From positions 112,254-176,253 of the forward strand of contig CAZFIM010000001.1 of the NCBI GenBank assembly GCA_964519615.1: a stretch of 64,000 nucleotides of DNA. Direction: 5' to 3'. A program made the translations under genes and the position numbers. Positions within the stretch are counted from its first letter, which is position 1; the number at the start of each line of letters is the position of its first letter. The notes below the pieces were generated by a model. The model saw only the letters and a list, made by a program, of their open reading frames with translations, did not search any database and was not told the DNA's origin. The DNA comes from an uncultured Dehalococcoidales bacterium (GTDB taxonomy: Bacteria > Chloroflexota > Dehalococcoidia > GIF9 > UBA5629). Shown here in pieces: positions 19,390 to 29,425 of this stretch.

Positions 19390-21558
19390 CTAATAGACAG
19401 CTAGCGGAGCGCTGCCGAAAATGAAGCCGCATTTCTCGAATAGTTCCACACAGCAGTCCACCGCGTCAGGGTCATACAGTATCCCCCGGTTGATCTTGAT
19501 CTCTTCAAGCGCTTTATGAATGCCAAGGCTTGGCCTGTAAGGCCGGTGAGAAGCCATGGCCTCAACTACATCGGCAACGGCCAGTATCTTTGCTTCCATA
19601 ATAATATCTTTGCTGTGGAGCCCGTTGGGATACCCTGAGCCGTCCAGCCTTTCATGGTGCTGCAGAATGGCATGAGCTATAGGCCAGGGGAAAGCAATAT
19701 TCTTCACTATCTCATATCCGATCGTGGGATGGGTTCGGATTATACTCATCTCCGCCCCCGTGAGCCCGTTGGGATGGGTTAGAATTTCGGCAGGAACCCT
19801 GATTTTGCCTATATCGTGCACGAGGCCGGCAAGCCGGATACCCACAAGCTGATCTTCAGGCAAGCCCAGCTTGGCCCCTATAGTGAAAGCAAGTTGAGCT
19901 ACACGTCTTTGATGTCCCGCAGTATAGGGATCGCGCAGTTCAACCGTAAAAGCCATGGCCTCAATCATGTCCTCCAGCGCCTTGAGCAGGAGCCCGGTAC
20001 TGCGTTCCGCCCGCTCCTCCGCTTTTCTACGCTCGGTAATGTCCTGAGCAACCACTTGAAAGCCGGTTGGCAGCCCTTTTTCCATAATAAGCTCACCCAT
20101 ACCGGATACGTATTTGATTTCTCCGTTTTTACACCGGACGGCAACGTCCATAGACTTTATGGTGTTGTTCTTGAATTTTTCTTTCATTCTGCGCAGAAGT
20201 GTCGCTGTGTCGAAGGGAAAAAGCTTAAGCGTCGGCCAGTATTTCCCTACGACTTCATCTTTTGTATACCCGGAGAATTCCTCAAAGCGCTTGTTTACGT
20301 AGAGTATTTTTGTTTTCAAGTCTGACCTGCAGATTATGGCCGGCGATGCTGACAATAGGGTTTCCAGCTCTCTCCTGGCCTGGCTCGCCTCTTCCTGTAC
20401 CAGCTTGCGCACCGTTAGCTCCTGCTGAAGTCTGATATTGGCGGCCTTGAGCTCACGGGCATGTACCACCATTTGCTGTTCGAGAGAACGATATTCCTGC
20501 CGTAGCTTCTCTAAAATTTGCTTTTTCTCGCTGATATTCCGGGCAATACACAGCACGCCTACTATATTCCCCGCCATATCGTAAAGAGGACTGGAACTCA
20601 TGGAGGTGATGATTTGGTGCCCTTTTTTCGTTGTGCAGCGGAATTCAAGGTTTTGAATGGTTTTACCCTTAAAGACGGGAGCGGTCTGTTTTTTTATCTC
20701 GTCAATATCATCAGGATGCACGAGCGAAAGTATAGAGCTATCGAAGAGCTCCTGCTCTGAGTAGCCCAGTTCATTGTAGAGCGCCTTGTTGGAATTAATG
20801 AGTTTGCCCTGCCGGTCAAAGGAAAAAATCATATCAGTAGATGTTTGCAGCAGGCAGTCGACGGAACGGACGATTTCCTCTTTCTGCTGCTCGGATTGCC
20901 GCAGTGCCTCTTCCATCCTCCATTTTTTCAGGGCAATTGATGCCAGCTTCACGAAGGTCTCCACTATTTCGGGTTGTATTTCACTGCCCTTGCGCAGCAG
21001 AAAGCTTGCGCTGCCCATAATCTCTTTTTTATCCAGCAGGCCGATGCCGTATACCTCCGGCGTTTCAAGCAGATATTCAATTTGAGCGCAGATAGCTTGC
21101 GGTAACCGTCCCATTGCCAGAGAATACAGCCCGCCTGGAACTTTTTGCAGCCGCCCGCTGCCTATACCTGCACGCGCCTCATCGTTGATATAAAAAGTTA
21201 TATTGAGCGGATGATCGCGCAGCAGTCCGGTAATTTTCTTTATGAAGATATTGCTACCCTCCAAAGATTTGACATGGAAGGTAGCTGTAGTGGAGTCATA
21301 GGAGTTTATGAGCACTACAGAGTTCGGGATCAGCCTGTGTAGGGCCTGCCCGATAATTCTATAGATATCTTCATCGCAGGAGATGTCCGCCAACCTTAGC
21401 AGCATTTCCGCCAGAATATGGAGGGGAGAGTGTTGACCCCGCAGCTCGGTATATGCTGATGCTTTCATCAGCAGATCTATACTCTCAAGCGTTTGCCCGG
21501 TTTTCATAGAAGATAATCGCTCCCGCTTCGTTGCGGCACAGGGTTGTACTGCCGCCAT
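19390..21558 (-). CDS. Cytoplasmic sensor protein with GAF-like N-terminus, two PAS domains and a C-terminal HD-GYP domain (putative c-di-GMP phosphodiesterase)
   Basis: 722 aa; HDIGK...HHERLDGSGYP HD-GYP signature; PAS-like segments between coiled-coil linkers. Confidence 0.8.
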   Translation of the reverse strand: MAAVQPCAATKRERLSSMKTGQTLESIDLLMKASAYTELRGQHSPLHILAEMLLRLADISCDEDIYRIIGQALHRLIPNSVVLINSYDSTTATFHVKSLEGSNIFIKKITGLLRDHPLNITFYINDEARAGIGSGRLQKVPGGLYSLAMGRLPQAICAQIEYLLETPEVYGIGLLDKKEIMGSASFLLRKGSEIQPEIVETFVKLASIALKKWRMEEALRQSEQQKEEIVRSVDCLLQTSTDMIFSFDRQGKLINSNKALYNELGYSEQELFDSSILSLVHPDDIDEIKKQTAPVFKGKTIQNLEFRCTTKKGHQIITSMSSSPLYDMAGNIVGVLCIARNISEKKQILEKLRQEYRSLEQQMVVHARELKAANIRLQQELTVRKLVQEEASQARRELETLLSASPAIICRSDLKTKILYVNKRFEEFSGYTKDEVVGKYWPTLKLFPFDTATLLRRMKEKFKNNTIKSMDVAVRCKNGEIKYVSGMGELIMEKGLPTGFQVVAQDITERRKAEERAERSTGLLLKALEDMIEAMAFTVELRDPYTAGHQRRVAQLAFTIGAKLGLPEDQLVGIRLAGLVHDIGKIRVPAEILTHPNGLTGAEMSIIRTHPTIGYEIVKNIAFPWPIAHAILQHHERLDGSGYPNGLHSKDIIMEAKILAVADVVEAMASHRPYRPSLGIHKALEEIKINRGILYDPDAVDCCVELFEKCGFIFGSAPLAVY

Positions 21559-21726
21559 TAGTTTTCTCGTTTTGAGCTCTGCTTCCCTTTTTATTTAACA
21601 GAAGTGTTTTTACGTGTATGGAGTTAATTATAGGTAGTGCGTGTATAGAATAAAATAGTATTTAAGTACCGAATCTATAGTTCTTTGGTACGGGAAGGGG
21701 GTAAAACTGGAGCGTAAAATCGAGTT

Positions 21727-21755
21727 AAAACCGGCTTTTAAAGCAGGCAAGCCGG
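21727..21755 (-). terminator. Putative intrinsic terminator downstream of mutL
   Basis: Hairpin CCGGCTT-N11-AAGCCGG, followed on the minus strand by UUUUAACUCGAUUUU. Confidence 0.4.
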
Positions 21756-21795
21756 CCACTATTTCACGACGCTCTTAAAGGACGGTCGTCAGCTA

Positions 21796-23493
21796 TCACG
21801 TTCTCCGGAACTCTTTTTCCAACTGCCGCGAGCTTAAGTGAACGATGGTAGGGCGGCCGTGGGGGCAGGTGCGCGGCTGCCGGGCCTGCTCAAGCTGCCG
21901 CACGAGCTCTCTCATCTCTTCGATGGTGAGACAATCGCCGGCCTTAACGGCGCTGTGACAGGCTATCGATTGCGCTACTTTTTCCTCCCTTGACAGCGGC
22001 GCCTCCGGGTTGGGTAGAGCATCGAGCAGGGAAAGCACGGACTCGCTCAAGTTTGCATCACTCATAAGAGCGGGGACAGCCCGGAGCAAGTAGCTCCTTT
22101 CGCCGAAATACTCCAGGTTCAATCCGAACTGGCTTAACAGTTCGCCCCTCTCCTTCACCACCTGCTGCTGTCTGGGATTGAGCTCGATCACCAGCGGGTC
22201 CAGCAGCCCCTGCATGTCTATCCGCTGTTGAGCGCGCTGCGCGAGCACCTTCTCAAATAAAATGCGCTCATGGGCGGCATGCTGGTCTATCAGATAAAGC
22301 CCATCCGGCCCCTCTGCCATTATATAGCTGTTTCCCAACTGCCCCACCACCCTGAGAACTGGCAGGCCGAAACTTGGCCGCTCTTCGTCCTCAAGCTTAG
22401 GGACAGGAGGGGATTCAACGGGTATTACCGGCCGGGTCATCTCCTCCTCGGTCCATAAGGAGGAGGGACTTACCGTGGGTTTAGCCGGAGTTTTCACTGC
22501 CGGCGGAGCGGTGCGGTTTATCACCTTGCGCACGGCTGTATATACCGCTTTGTAGACAGCCTGGCTGCCGCGGAATTTCACCTCCGTCTTGGCGGGGTGG
22601 ACGTTAATATCGAGTTCCTCCGGCGGCAGCAGGATGTTGAGTACGATAATAGGATGCTTGCCCGTTAGCAGATAGCCGTGATAGGCGTCTTCAGCAGCCC
22701 TGACAAGCAGACTACTGCGCACCCAGCGGCGGTTGACGAAGAAGCTCAGATAGTTTCTATTTGCACGGCTGAGGGAAGGGGGGCTTGCCAGTCCACGGAT
22801 ACGTATGGGAGGAGCGTTCTCTTCCACTTCCTGCATCTGAAGGGCTGTTTCCAGTCCGTAATTTTCCACCAGCGCATCCCGCAGGTTGCCGTTGCCGGGA
22901 GTGTGCATGGCCGTCTTTCCTTCTATGGAAAGACTGAAACTGACCTCGGGAAAAGCCATGGAATACTGTGTGACCAAGTTGGCGATATGGCTGTTTTCCG
23001 TGGATATGGATTTGAGAAATTTAAGCCTTGCCGGCAGGTGGCGGAAGAGATGGCGGACAGTGATGGTAGTTCCTCGGGTGCGGCTGCCCATCTCCCTGCG
23101 GACGATCTCCCCGTGCGCAAGGCGCATATAGCTTGCCGAGTCCTCGTCTTCCGGCCGGGTGGATATCTCCACATCAGCTACCGCCGCTATGCTGGGAAGG
23201 GCTTCTCCCCTGAAGCCCAGCGTAGAAACTGTATCGAGGTCTGAAAGCCTGCGGATTTTACTGGTGGCATGCCTGGCAAAGGCAATCTCAACCTCCGCGG
23301 CAGGTATGCCGATGCCGTTATCTGTAACCTTGATGAGGCGGGTTCCACCATCGCGGGATTCGACGGCGATATCGGTTGCTCCGGCATCGAGGGCGTTCTC
23401 CACCAGCTCCTTGACCACGGAAGCCGGCCTTTCGACTACCTCTCCAGCCGCAATCCTGGATGCTACCTGCGGCAGCAGCACTTCAATAGACAT
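21796..23493 (-). CDS. mutL: DNA mismatch repair protein MutL
   Basis: 565 aa; GHKL ATPase N-terminus (ENALDAGAT, DNGIGI), C-terminal dimerisation domain. Confidence 0.9.
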   Translation of the reverse strand: MSIEVLLPQVASRIAAGEVVERPASVVKELVENALDAGATDIAVESRDGGTRLIKVTDNGIGIPAAEVEIAFARHATSKIRRLSDLDTVSTLGFRGEALPSIAAVADVEISTRPEDEDSASYMRLAHGEIVRREMGSRTRGTTITVRHLFRHLPARLKFLKSISTENSHIANLVTQYSMAFPEVSFSLSIEGKTAMHTPGNGNLRDALVENYGLETALQMQEVEENAPPIRIRGLASPPSLSRANRNYLSFFVNRRWVRSSLLVRAAEDAYHGYLLTGKHPIIVLNILLPPEELDINVHPAKTEVKFRGSQAVYKAVYTAVRKVINRTAPPAVKTPAKPTVSPSSLWTEEEMTRPVIPVESPPVPKLEDEERPSFGLPVLRVVGQLGNSYIMAEGPDGLYLIDQHAAHERILFEKVLAQRAQQRIDMQGLLDPLVIELNPRQQQVVKERGELLSQFGLNLEYFGERSYLLRAVPALMSDANLSESVLSLLDALPNPEAPLSREEKVAQSIACHSAVKAGDCLTIEEMRELVRQLEQARQPRTCPHGRPTIVHLSSRQLEKEFRRT

Positions 23494-23566
23494 TATCTCT
23501 TCTCTCTATGCCATGTGCCTATGCACCTCCGGCAGCAGTTCAGGGTGGCTGTATACCCAGCCATCG

Positions 23567-24907
23567 CTACGACCTGGGCGGCAGGAACCCTACCGCATCG
23601 ATCTCAATTTTCATTTTTGTGGAGGCCAGGCTCAGGGGGTAGATCACCGTGCTCGCCGGCGGCTCCGCAACAAGGGCGGGAGCGTATTTGCGATAATAGT
23701 CGCGCTCTATCCGTCGGAAAGAATCATATGTGCCGGGATCGGGCAGCAGCACATATGTCTTCATCAGGTGTTCCAGCGTACTGCCGGTTTCCTCCAGCGA
23801 GAATCTCATGCCATCAAGAGCGGTTCTCAACTGATCCTCAAAATTGTCAGATTCGATTCTGGCGGTATAGGGATCTGTTGCCGTCTGGCCCGAGATGTTG
23901 ATAAGGTTGCCGATAACCACGGTATTGGAATAGAATTTCTTGGTATCTCCGGCATGCCTGGGGAATCCTCTGCGGCCCAGATAAAGCGGGTAGTTTTTGA
24001 CCTCCCAGCCTTTGCGATACCTGTTGACCACGCCGATATAGTCAAGCTGCACCTGTGCGCCGGGCAGCGGCAGAGCGGGCAGCTTGAGGAAGGTGCTGGC
24101 CGGGAATTCCTCCATCAGGTACGGTGCGTACATGTCGAAATGCTCAAGTTCTCTTTTCCAGAGACGGTCCGAGGTCGGACTGCCTGAGACATTGGGGTCC
24201 CGCCCCCGCTTAAGCATATTCTCCAGTCCCGCCTGCATATGAAGCGTCTTGATGAGATTGCTGGCGGAGCTTCCCGCTCTATCGAGTGCCCTTATTATCT
24301 TATCGAAAGCAATATCCATTTGCATCTCAAAATTATCCGTCTCTATTTTCCCCGTCTGGGGGCTGGCGCCGCAGAATGCGGGCAAATAGACCAGATTGCC
24401 CACGGCGACGGCCTCAGATGAAGGCAATGTCCCCGGGATACGGCCCTGTTTGGGATATCTGGTTACTTCACATTCCGGCTCATCTGAGCGCAGCACTGCA
24501 TGAGCATCTACCTCTATCAGGCTTTGATCTTGTCCCAGTGCTTTAACCGGCATGACCGTTATTACCGGCGGCTCCTCGATCAGGGAGGGAGCATGCTTAA
24601 GGAAATAGTCCTCCAGCGCCTTTCCCAGCTTCGGGTAGTCCTCCACTTTTGCCAGCATAACGTATAATTTCACAAGATTGGCAAGGGAGCTTCCCGCCCT
24701 CCCCAGCGCCTCTTTGATCTTATCCAGGCTGCCGGCAAGCTGAGCTTCAAAATCCCCGGCCGCAAGAATGCCGGTTTCAGCATCAGCGCTGTCCATCCCC
24801 GATAAATAGACGAGATTTCCTGCCACTGCAGCGCCGGATGCATAAGGTGCGGCGGCTTCTCCGGTGCCGGTTGCCGCTAAAGGATATTTTGTAAGGGTCC
24901 ATTTCAT
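23567..24907 (-). CDS. Triple-domain RidA/YjgF/TdcF-family protein (three tandem endoribonuclease L-PSP domains in one chain)
   Basis: 446 aa. Three roughly 150-aa repeats each carry the RidA-like pattern, for example GNLVYLSGMD...LAKVEDY...IEVDAHAV, GNLVYLPAFCG...IGVV, and GNLINISGQTATD...IEIDAVGF. Confidence 0.7.
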   Translation of the reverse strand: MKWTLTKYPLAATGTGEAAAPYASGAAVAGNLVYLSGMDSADAETGILAAGDFEAQLAGSLDKIKEALGRAGSSLANLVKLYVMLAKVEDYPKLGKALEDYFLKHAPSLIEEPPVITVMPVKALGQDQSLIEVDAHAVLRSDEPECEVTRYPKQGRIPGTLPSSEAVAVGNLVYLPAFCGASPQTGKIETDNFEMQMDIAFDKIIRALDRAGSSASNLIKTLHMQAGLENMLKRGRDPNVSGSPTSDRLWKRELEHFDMYAPYLMEEFPASTFLKLPALPLPGAQVQLDYIGVVNRYRKGWEVKNYPLYLGRRGFPRHAGDTKKFYSNTVVIGNLINISGQTATDPYTARIESDNFEDQLRTALDGMRFSLEETGSTLEHLMKTYVLLPDPGTYDSFRRIERDYYRKYAPALVAEPPASTVIYPLSLASTKMKIEIDAVGFLPPRS

Positions 24908-25460
24908 ATTCTTATTACCTCCCCTTGCTCGATACTCTGAATATTTCGCTTGTCTCAGACAGGTCTATTCCTGAAACATTACCGCCAGGCCTCGATAAAT
25001 TATTACATTTAACCGGTATCCTGTTATACTATATACCGAACTGGATGAACTTTGCCTGCCCCTTCAAGAGATTGGGAAGCATTGATCGGCGATTTGCCTT
25101 GATACGGTAGAAAAATTGTATAATAGGGTATGATGTAAATCAACTATTTTTATAACAGACAAGACATAAACGAGTATTCTCAAAGAAACCGTTCAAATAT
25201 ACTTGCTGCCCCTACAGGAGTCGAAACAATCAAGCCGCACCGGATTATGTTATAGAATCATATCCGTGAGCGGCAAGCGGAAAAAGGGCAGCTTGACTTT
25301 ATTTTTGCAAAGAATTATCATTAATTATTGTTTATGCTATATAATGATATCGTCAAAGACAATTATTATGAAAAAAGTTATACACCCCCTGCATTAATAG
25401 TTATCGCAAATGTGATAGCGCAGGAAGGTTACCCGCAAAAATACTAAAAAAGGAAAAGGA

Positions 25461-25919
25461 ATGATAGACAATATTGATCACAAACTTATTGTGGAACTTC
25501 AGAAAGACGGCCGCGCAAGCTCGGTCAATCTTTCCAAAAAATTGGGCATAAGCATTGCTTCCGCCTCCCGGCGGATCAAACGTTTGGTGCGTGACAACAT
25601 CATCACCATAACTGCTATGCCGGAGCCGTCCAAGGTCGGATTGAGCGCCATGGCTATTATCGCTCTCGATGTCACTATGAACCAGATTGACAGCGTCTGC
25701 GATAAGCTTATCAGCAATAAAAGCGTTCATTTTACGGCGTTGACCTTTGGCCGCTTCGATATTATCGTTAATGTCTATGCATCTTCACCGGAGATGCTGG
25801 TCAATCTCATCAAGAGTGAAATTGCCACTATAGACGGGGTAAGGCATGTGGAAACATTCTACATAGCTGAGCTGAAAAAGCAGACATTTGCCTGGCTGCT
25901 GGATAGAGAACAGGAATAA
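25461..25919 (+). CDS. lrp: Lrp/AsnC-family transcriptional regulator
   Basis: 152 aa; N-terminal HTH (DHKLIVELQKDGRASSVNLSKKLGIS), C-terminal RAM domain. Confidence 0.8.
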   Translation: MIDNIDHKLIVELQKDGRASSVNLSKKLGISIASASRRIKRLVRDNIITITAMPEPSKVGLSAMAIIALDVTMNQIDSVCDKLISNKSVHFTALTFGRFDIIVNVYASSPEMLVNLIKSEIATIDGVRHVETFYIAELKKQTFAWLLDREQE

Positions 25920-25981
25920 CGTACTTCATCTGCTGAGTATTTAGAATACACAAATATTCAGGAGAATACGGGATACGATAT

Positions 25982-26011
25982 AAAGCATGTACCTGTAAAG
26001 GTGCATGCTTT
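25982..26011. terminator. Perfect 8-bp stem hairpin between the convergent lrp and pcrA genes (putative bidirectional terminator)
   Basis: AAAGCATG-N14-CATGCTTT, with U-rich flanks on both strands. Confidence 0.4.
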
Positions 26012-26051
26012 CGTTATCAATTGCTGATTTGCAGTGCAGGGACGGCTCGGA

Positions 26052-28277
26052 CTAGCCTTTGCCGCCGGTCTTTTCAATTTTCTCCAGAGGGGCAAGGCTG
26101 AGCAGCAATTTTTTCACGCCCACTCCGGCAAATTCTATTGTGGCCTGCTGGTCTCTGCCGAAGGGCGCGCAGCCGACAACCACCCCTTCTCCGAAGGCGG
26201 TATGACGCACATAATCTCCTACGCTTACCTGTAGAGTCCTGACTCTCTCGGGCGCAGGCTGTACAGGCCTGCTCTCCGCGCGCCTGGAAAAGAGCGAGGT
26301 TATCGGAGTACACTCTATCTCCTCCGGTTCGGCCTCCCTGAGAGTAATATTATGTATCAGATGGCGCGGCACCTCCTGGAGAAAACGGGACGGCTCGCTC
26401 ACTGCGCTCATGCCGAAGAGGCTGCGTCTGAAGGTGTAAAGCAGATAGACCCGGCTTTTGGCTCTGGTAACGCCTACATAGCACAACCGTCTCTCTTCCT
26501 CGATTTCTCCATCCTCTATAGACCTGCGATGAGGCAGCAGCCCCTCCTCAAGTCCCACAATAAAGACAACCGGGAATTCCAGCCCCTTGGCCTGATGCAG
26601 CGTGGTCAGTGTAGCGGCATCGGGCTTTTCCTCCGTTTCGTCTTCCGCCATGACCAGGCTGACCTTTTCCAGAAAAGCAGCAAGCGCTTCATCCTGTTCC
26701 AGCCAGTTATATTCCCGTGCAACCGTCCGCAATTCAAGGATATTCTCCCAGCGATCTTTGCCTTCCTCGTCCGCAAGGATGTAGTCCTTATATCCGGACG
26801 AACCGATGACTTCATCAAGAAGTCCGCTTAAGGGAAGCTGCCGGCTTTTTTCAATAAGGTGCGAAAGCAGACGGTAAAAACCTGAAACGGCAAGAGCAGC
26901 CCGTGCCCCCAATTGCGGCCCGGTGTCATCGGACAGCTTGCTCACCGCCTGATACAGGCTGCCGCCGTTGGCACCGGCCCATGAGCTAAGCTCATTTACG
27001 GTACGGGGTCCTATTCCGCGCCCGGGTGTATTGATAATCCGGCTTAAGCTGATATTATCATCGGGATTATGAATGAACTTGAGATAGGCGATAACATCCT
27101 TGATCTCCCGTCTCTGGTAGAAACGCAGCCCGCCGACCAGTCTGTAGGGTATGCCGTGCCGCATGAAAGCCTCTTCCAGCGCACGCGATTGAGCGTTGAC
27201 CCTGAACATCACTGCACAATCGAGCGGTGAAATACCGTGCTCCCTTTTCAACCGGTCTATTTCGCTCACTACATACTGCGCCTCTTCGCCCTCATTATAG
27301 GTCTGGACCACTGTGGTCAGCGCTCCAGCAGCATTCTCCGTTCTTAAAGGCTTTGGTTTTCTCTGAATGTTTGCCGAGATAATGCAGGAGGCTACCTGAA
27401 GGATGTTCTGCGTAGAACGGTAGTTTTGGTCCAGCACGATCACTCTGGCATCGGGAAAATCGCGCTCGAAACTGAGAATATTGCGTATATCGGCATATCT
27501 CCACGAGTAGATGGATTGGTCGGGATCGCCGACCACGCAAATATTTTTATACAGGCCGCCGAGATGCTTGATCAGCCTGTACTGTGTGATGCTGGTGTCC
27601 TGGAATTCATCGACCATGAGGTGCAGGTAGCGTTTCTGATAACGGGATGCTATATCCGCATGCTGTTCGAACAGCAGCACCGTTTTCATGAGCAGGTCCT
27701 CGAAATCCACCGTCTGGCTCTGCTGGAGGTGCTTCTGGTAGCGTTCATAGACCCGGCCGACGATCTCCTCGAAATAGCTGCTTGTTGATCGAGCGTAGTC
27801 ATCAGGTGTGAGGAGCTGGCTTTTCGCCTGGACGATCGCGTTCTGAATAGATTTGGGAGTATACTGTTTGGGATCGATGCCCAGCTCCTGCAGGCTTTGC
27901 TTGATTACCCGCACCTGGTCGTCATCGTCAAATATAGTATAGCGCGGTTCCAGTCCGATAGCGGAACCATCCTCGCGCAAAATGCGCGCACAGATGGAAT
28001 GGAAGGTTCCCATCGCAGGCGGCTCAGCGGACTTGCCCAAAAGCTTTTCCAGCCTCTCCTGCATTTCCCGGGCTGCCTTGTTGGTAAAGGTGACGGCCAT
28101 TATGCGGTGAGGGCTGATGCCGCATACTTTCACAAGATAGGCTATCCGGTGAGTAATAACCCTTGTTTTACCGCTGCCCGGCCCCGCCAGTATAAGCACA
28201 GGCCCTTCTATGGTTTCTACTGCTTCCCTTTGCGCGGGATTGAGGTCGGCTAAAATTTCACGGGGAGATTGTGGCAT
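26052..28277 (-). CDS. pcrA: ATP-dependent DNA helicase PcrA/UvrD
   Basis: 741 aa; SF1 helicase motifs (AGPGSGKT, DEFQDT, VGDPDQSIY, TLHQAKGLEF). Confidence 0.9.
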   Translation of the reverse strand: MPQSPREILADLNPAQREAVETIEGPVLILAGPGSGKTRVITHRIAYLVKVCGISPHRIMAVTFTNKAAREMQERLEKLLGKSAEPPAMGTFHSICARILREDGSAIGLEPRYTIFDDDDQVRVIKQSLQELGIDPKQYTPKSIQNAIVQAKSQLLTPDDYARSTSSYFEEIVGRVYERYQKHLQQSQTVDFEDLLMKTVLLFEQHADIASRYQKRYLHLMVDEFQDTSITQYRLIKHLGGLYKNICVVGDPDQSIYSWRYADIRNILSFERDFPDARVIVLDQNYRSTQNILQVASCIISANIQRKPKPLRTENAAGALTTVVQTYNEGEEAQYVVSEIDRLKREHGISPLDCAVMFRVNAQSRALEEAFMRHGIPYRLVGGLRFYQRREIKDVIAYLKFIHNPDDNISLSRIINTPGRGIGPRTVNELSSWAGANGGSLYQAVSKLSDDTGPQLGARAALAVSGFYRLLSHLIEKSRQLPLSGLLDEVIGSSGYKDYILADEEGKDRWENILELRTVAREYNWLEQDEALAAFLEKVSLVMAEDETEEKPDAATLTTLHQAKGLEFPVVFIVGLEEGLLPHRRSIEDGEIEEERRLCYVGVTRAKSRVYLLYTFRRSLFGMSAVSEPSRFLQEVPRHLIHNITLREAEPEEIECTPITSLFSRRAESRPVQPAPERVRTLQVSVGDYVRHTAFGEGVVVGCAPFGRDQQATIEFAGVGVKKLLLSLAPLEKIEKTGGKG

Positions 28278-28477
28278 ACTTTTTATCAGATCCGTTTCCA
28301 GTTACTGTATTACCGTGCATTTATGAAATCGCCAGGGCAGATAAGTGCGCGGTACGGGACTATTATAACATCGGCTCAAGCGTCACTCCAAACGCCGCAG
28401 CCGGATTTAACGGCGCGCGGAACAACCGGACAAATACAGGAAAGGTGTGGATTTTACGCAGGCAATGAAGCGGCTTT

Positions 28478-29116
28478 TTAATGCGTTTCTATTACCCGCT
28501 CGGAGGAGTCCTCTCTCGAATAGCTTCTGAAACTGCGTTTTATTAGATCCATCAGGCTGATACCATCATAAAACTCATGCATTTTGTGGACAAGCTGAAG
28601 CATGCGTTGATTGATGGTGGTCTGTGCCTGCTCCAACCCGTTCATGCGGGAATCAAAGGCTTGAAACGATTTGTTCATAAGTGCCATGGATGAGCTGAGC
28701 TCGCGGATGACCCTGGAGTCAAACTCAAAAGAACTGACTTTTTTCTGTAGATCGGAGACGGACTTTTCTTTACTTGCGAGCGACGCAACCATCTCTTCAC
28801 GCAGGGTTTCAAGGCTCTCTATCTTAGTTTTTAATTCGTCGACTGTATTTTGCAGTTCTCTGTTTTTGAGCTCCCCTTCCAGCTCCGCAGTTGCCAGACA
28901 GGCGGTGCAGAAAATAGCCTCCCCTTTCTCCAGCTCCGTGTGGCAATGCGAACAGACCAGTGATTGCGGCTGACTGTTTTTAGCGACGCGGCATTGCGGA
29001 CAGCGGTGCGGGAGGCTAAGCCCTTTTCTTTCATAGAATAGGCGCTCTCCCTGCGTAAACAGAAACTCTTTGCCGCATTGACGGCAAACCAGCGTTTGAT
29101 CACTCATCTCAGACAT
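28478..29116 (-). CDS. Hypothetical protein: N-terminal double zinc ribbon followed by a long coiled coil
   Basis: 212 aa; CRQCGKEF...CPQCR and CSHCH...CTAC, then heptad-rich ELEGELKNRELQNTVDELKTKIESLETLREEM. Confidence 0.4.
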   Translation of the reverse strand: MSEMSDQTLVCRQCGKEFLFTQGERLFYERKGLSLPHRCPQCRVAKNSQPQSLVCSHCHTELEKGEAIFCTACLATAELEGELKNRELQNTVDELKTKIESLETLREEMVASLASKEKSVSDLQKKVSSFEFDSRVIRELSSSMALMNKSFQAFDSRMNGLEQAQTTINQRMLQLVHKMHEFYDGISLMDLIKRSFRSYSREDSSERVIETH

Positions 29117-29425
29117 TTACGATCCTCCGTGAGGTTAGATTATCTCTCCTCACCGTACAGTGCAGCCAACATCTTAATCATACCGTATTATATAGTGTAA
29201 AACCAGCGAGAATGTACATCATTTGCAGACCTCTTGCCAACATCCCGCTAATAATACTTCTGTACACATTATATTATAAGGGGCATGTCAAGAGACGGTA
29301 GAAAACGTTCCTTGCTTATGCTGAAGTATCTTCATGGAGGAAAAACCTTTAGCAGGGGCAACTCCCTCCATTATTATTCAGAGGTGGTACAATTACCTTA
29401 TCGACGGATAAAGGAGGCTACGACA

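Noticed and set aside
23159-24187. 342-aa plus-strand ORF spanning the mutL 5' end and the RidA gene
   Set aside because: Antisense to two well-supported genes; Ser/Ala/Arg-rich composition typical of a GC-rich antisense frame; no motifs.
29285-29425. 47-codon N-terminal extension of rubrerythrin in the track ORF
   Set aside because: The extension has no homology to rubrerythrins. A perfect AAGGAGG RBS precedes the internal ATG at 29426, which yields the canonical 165-aa protein.
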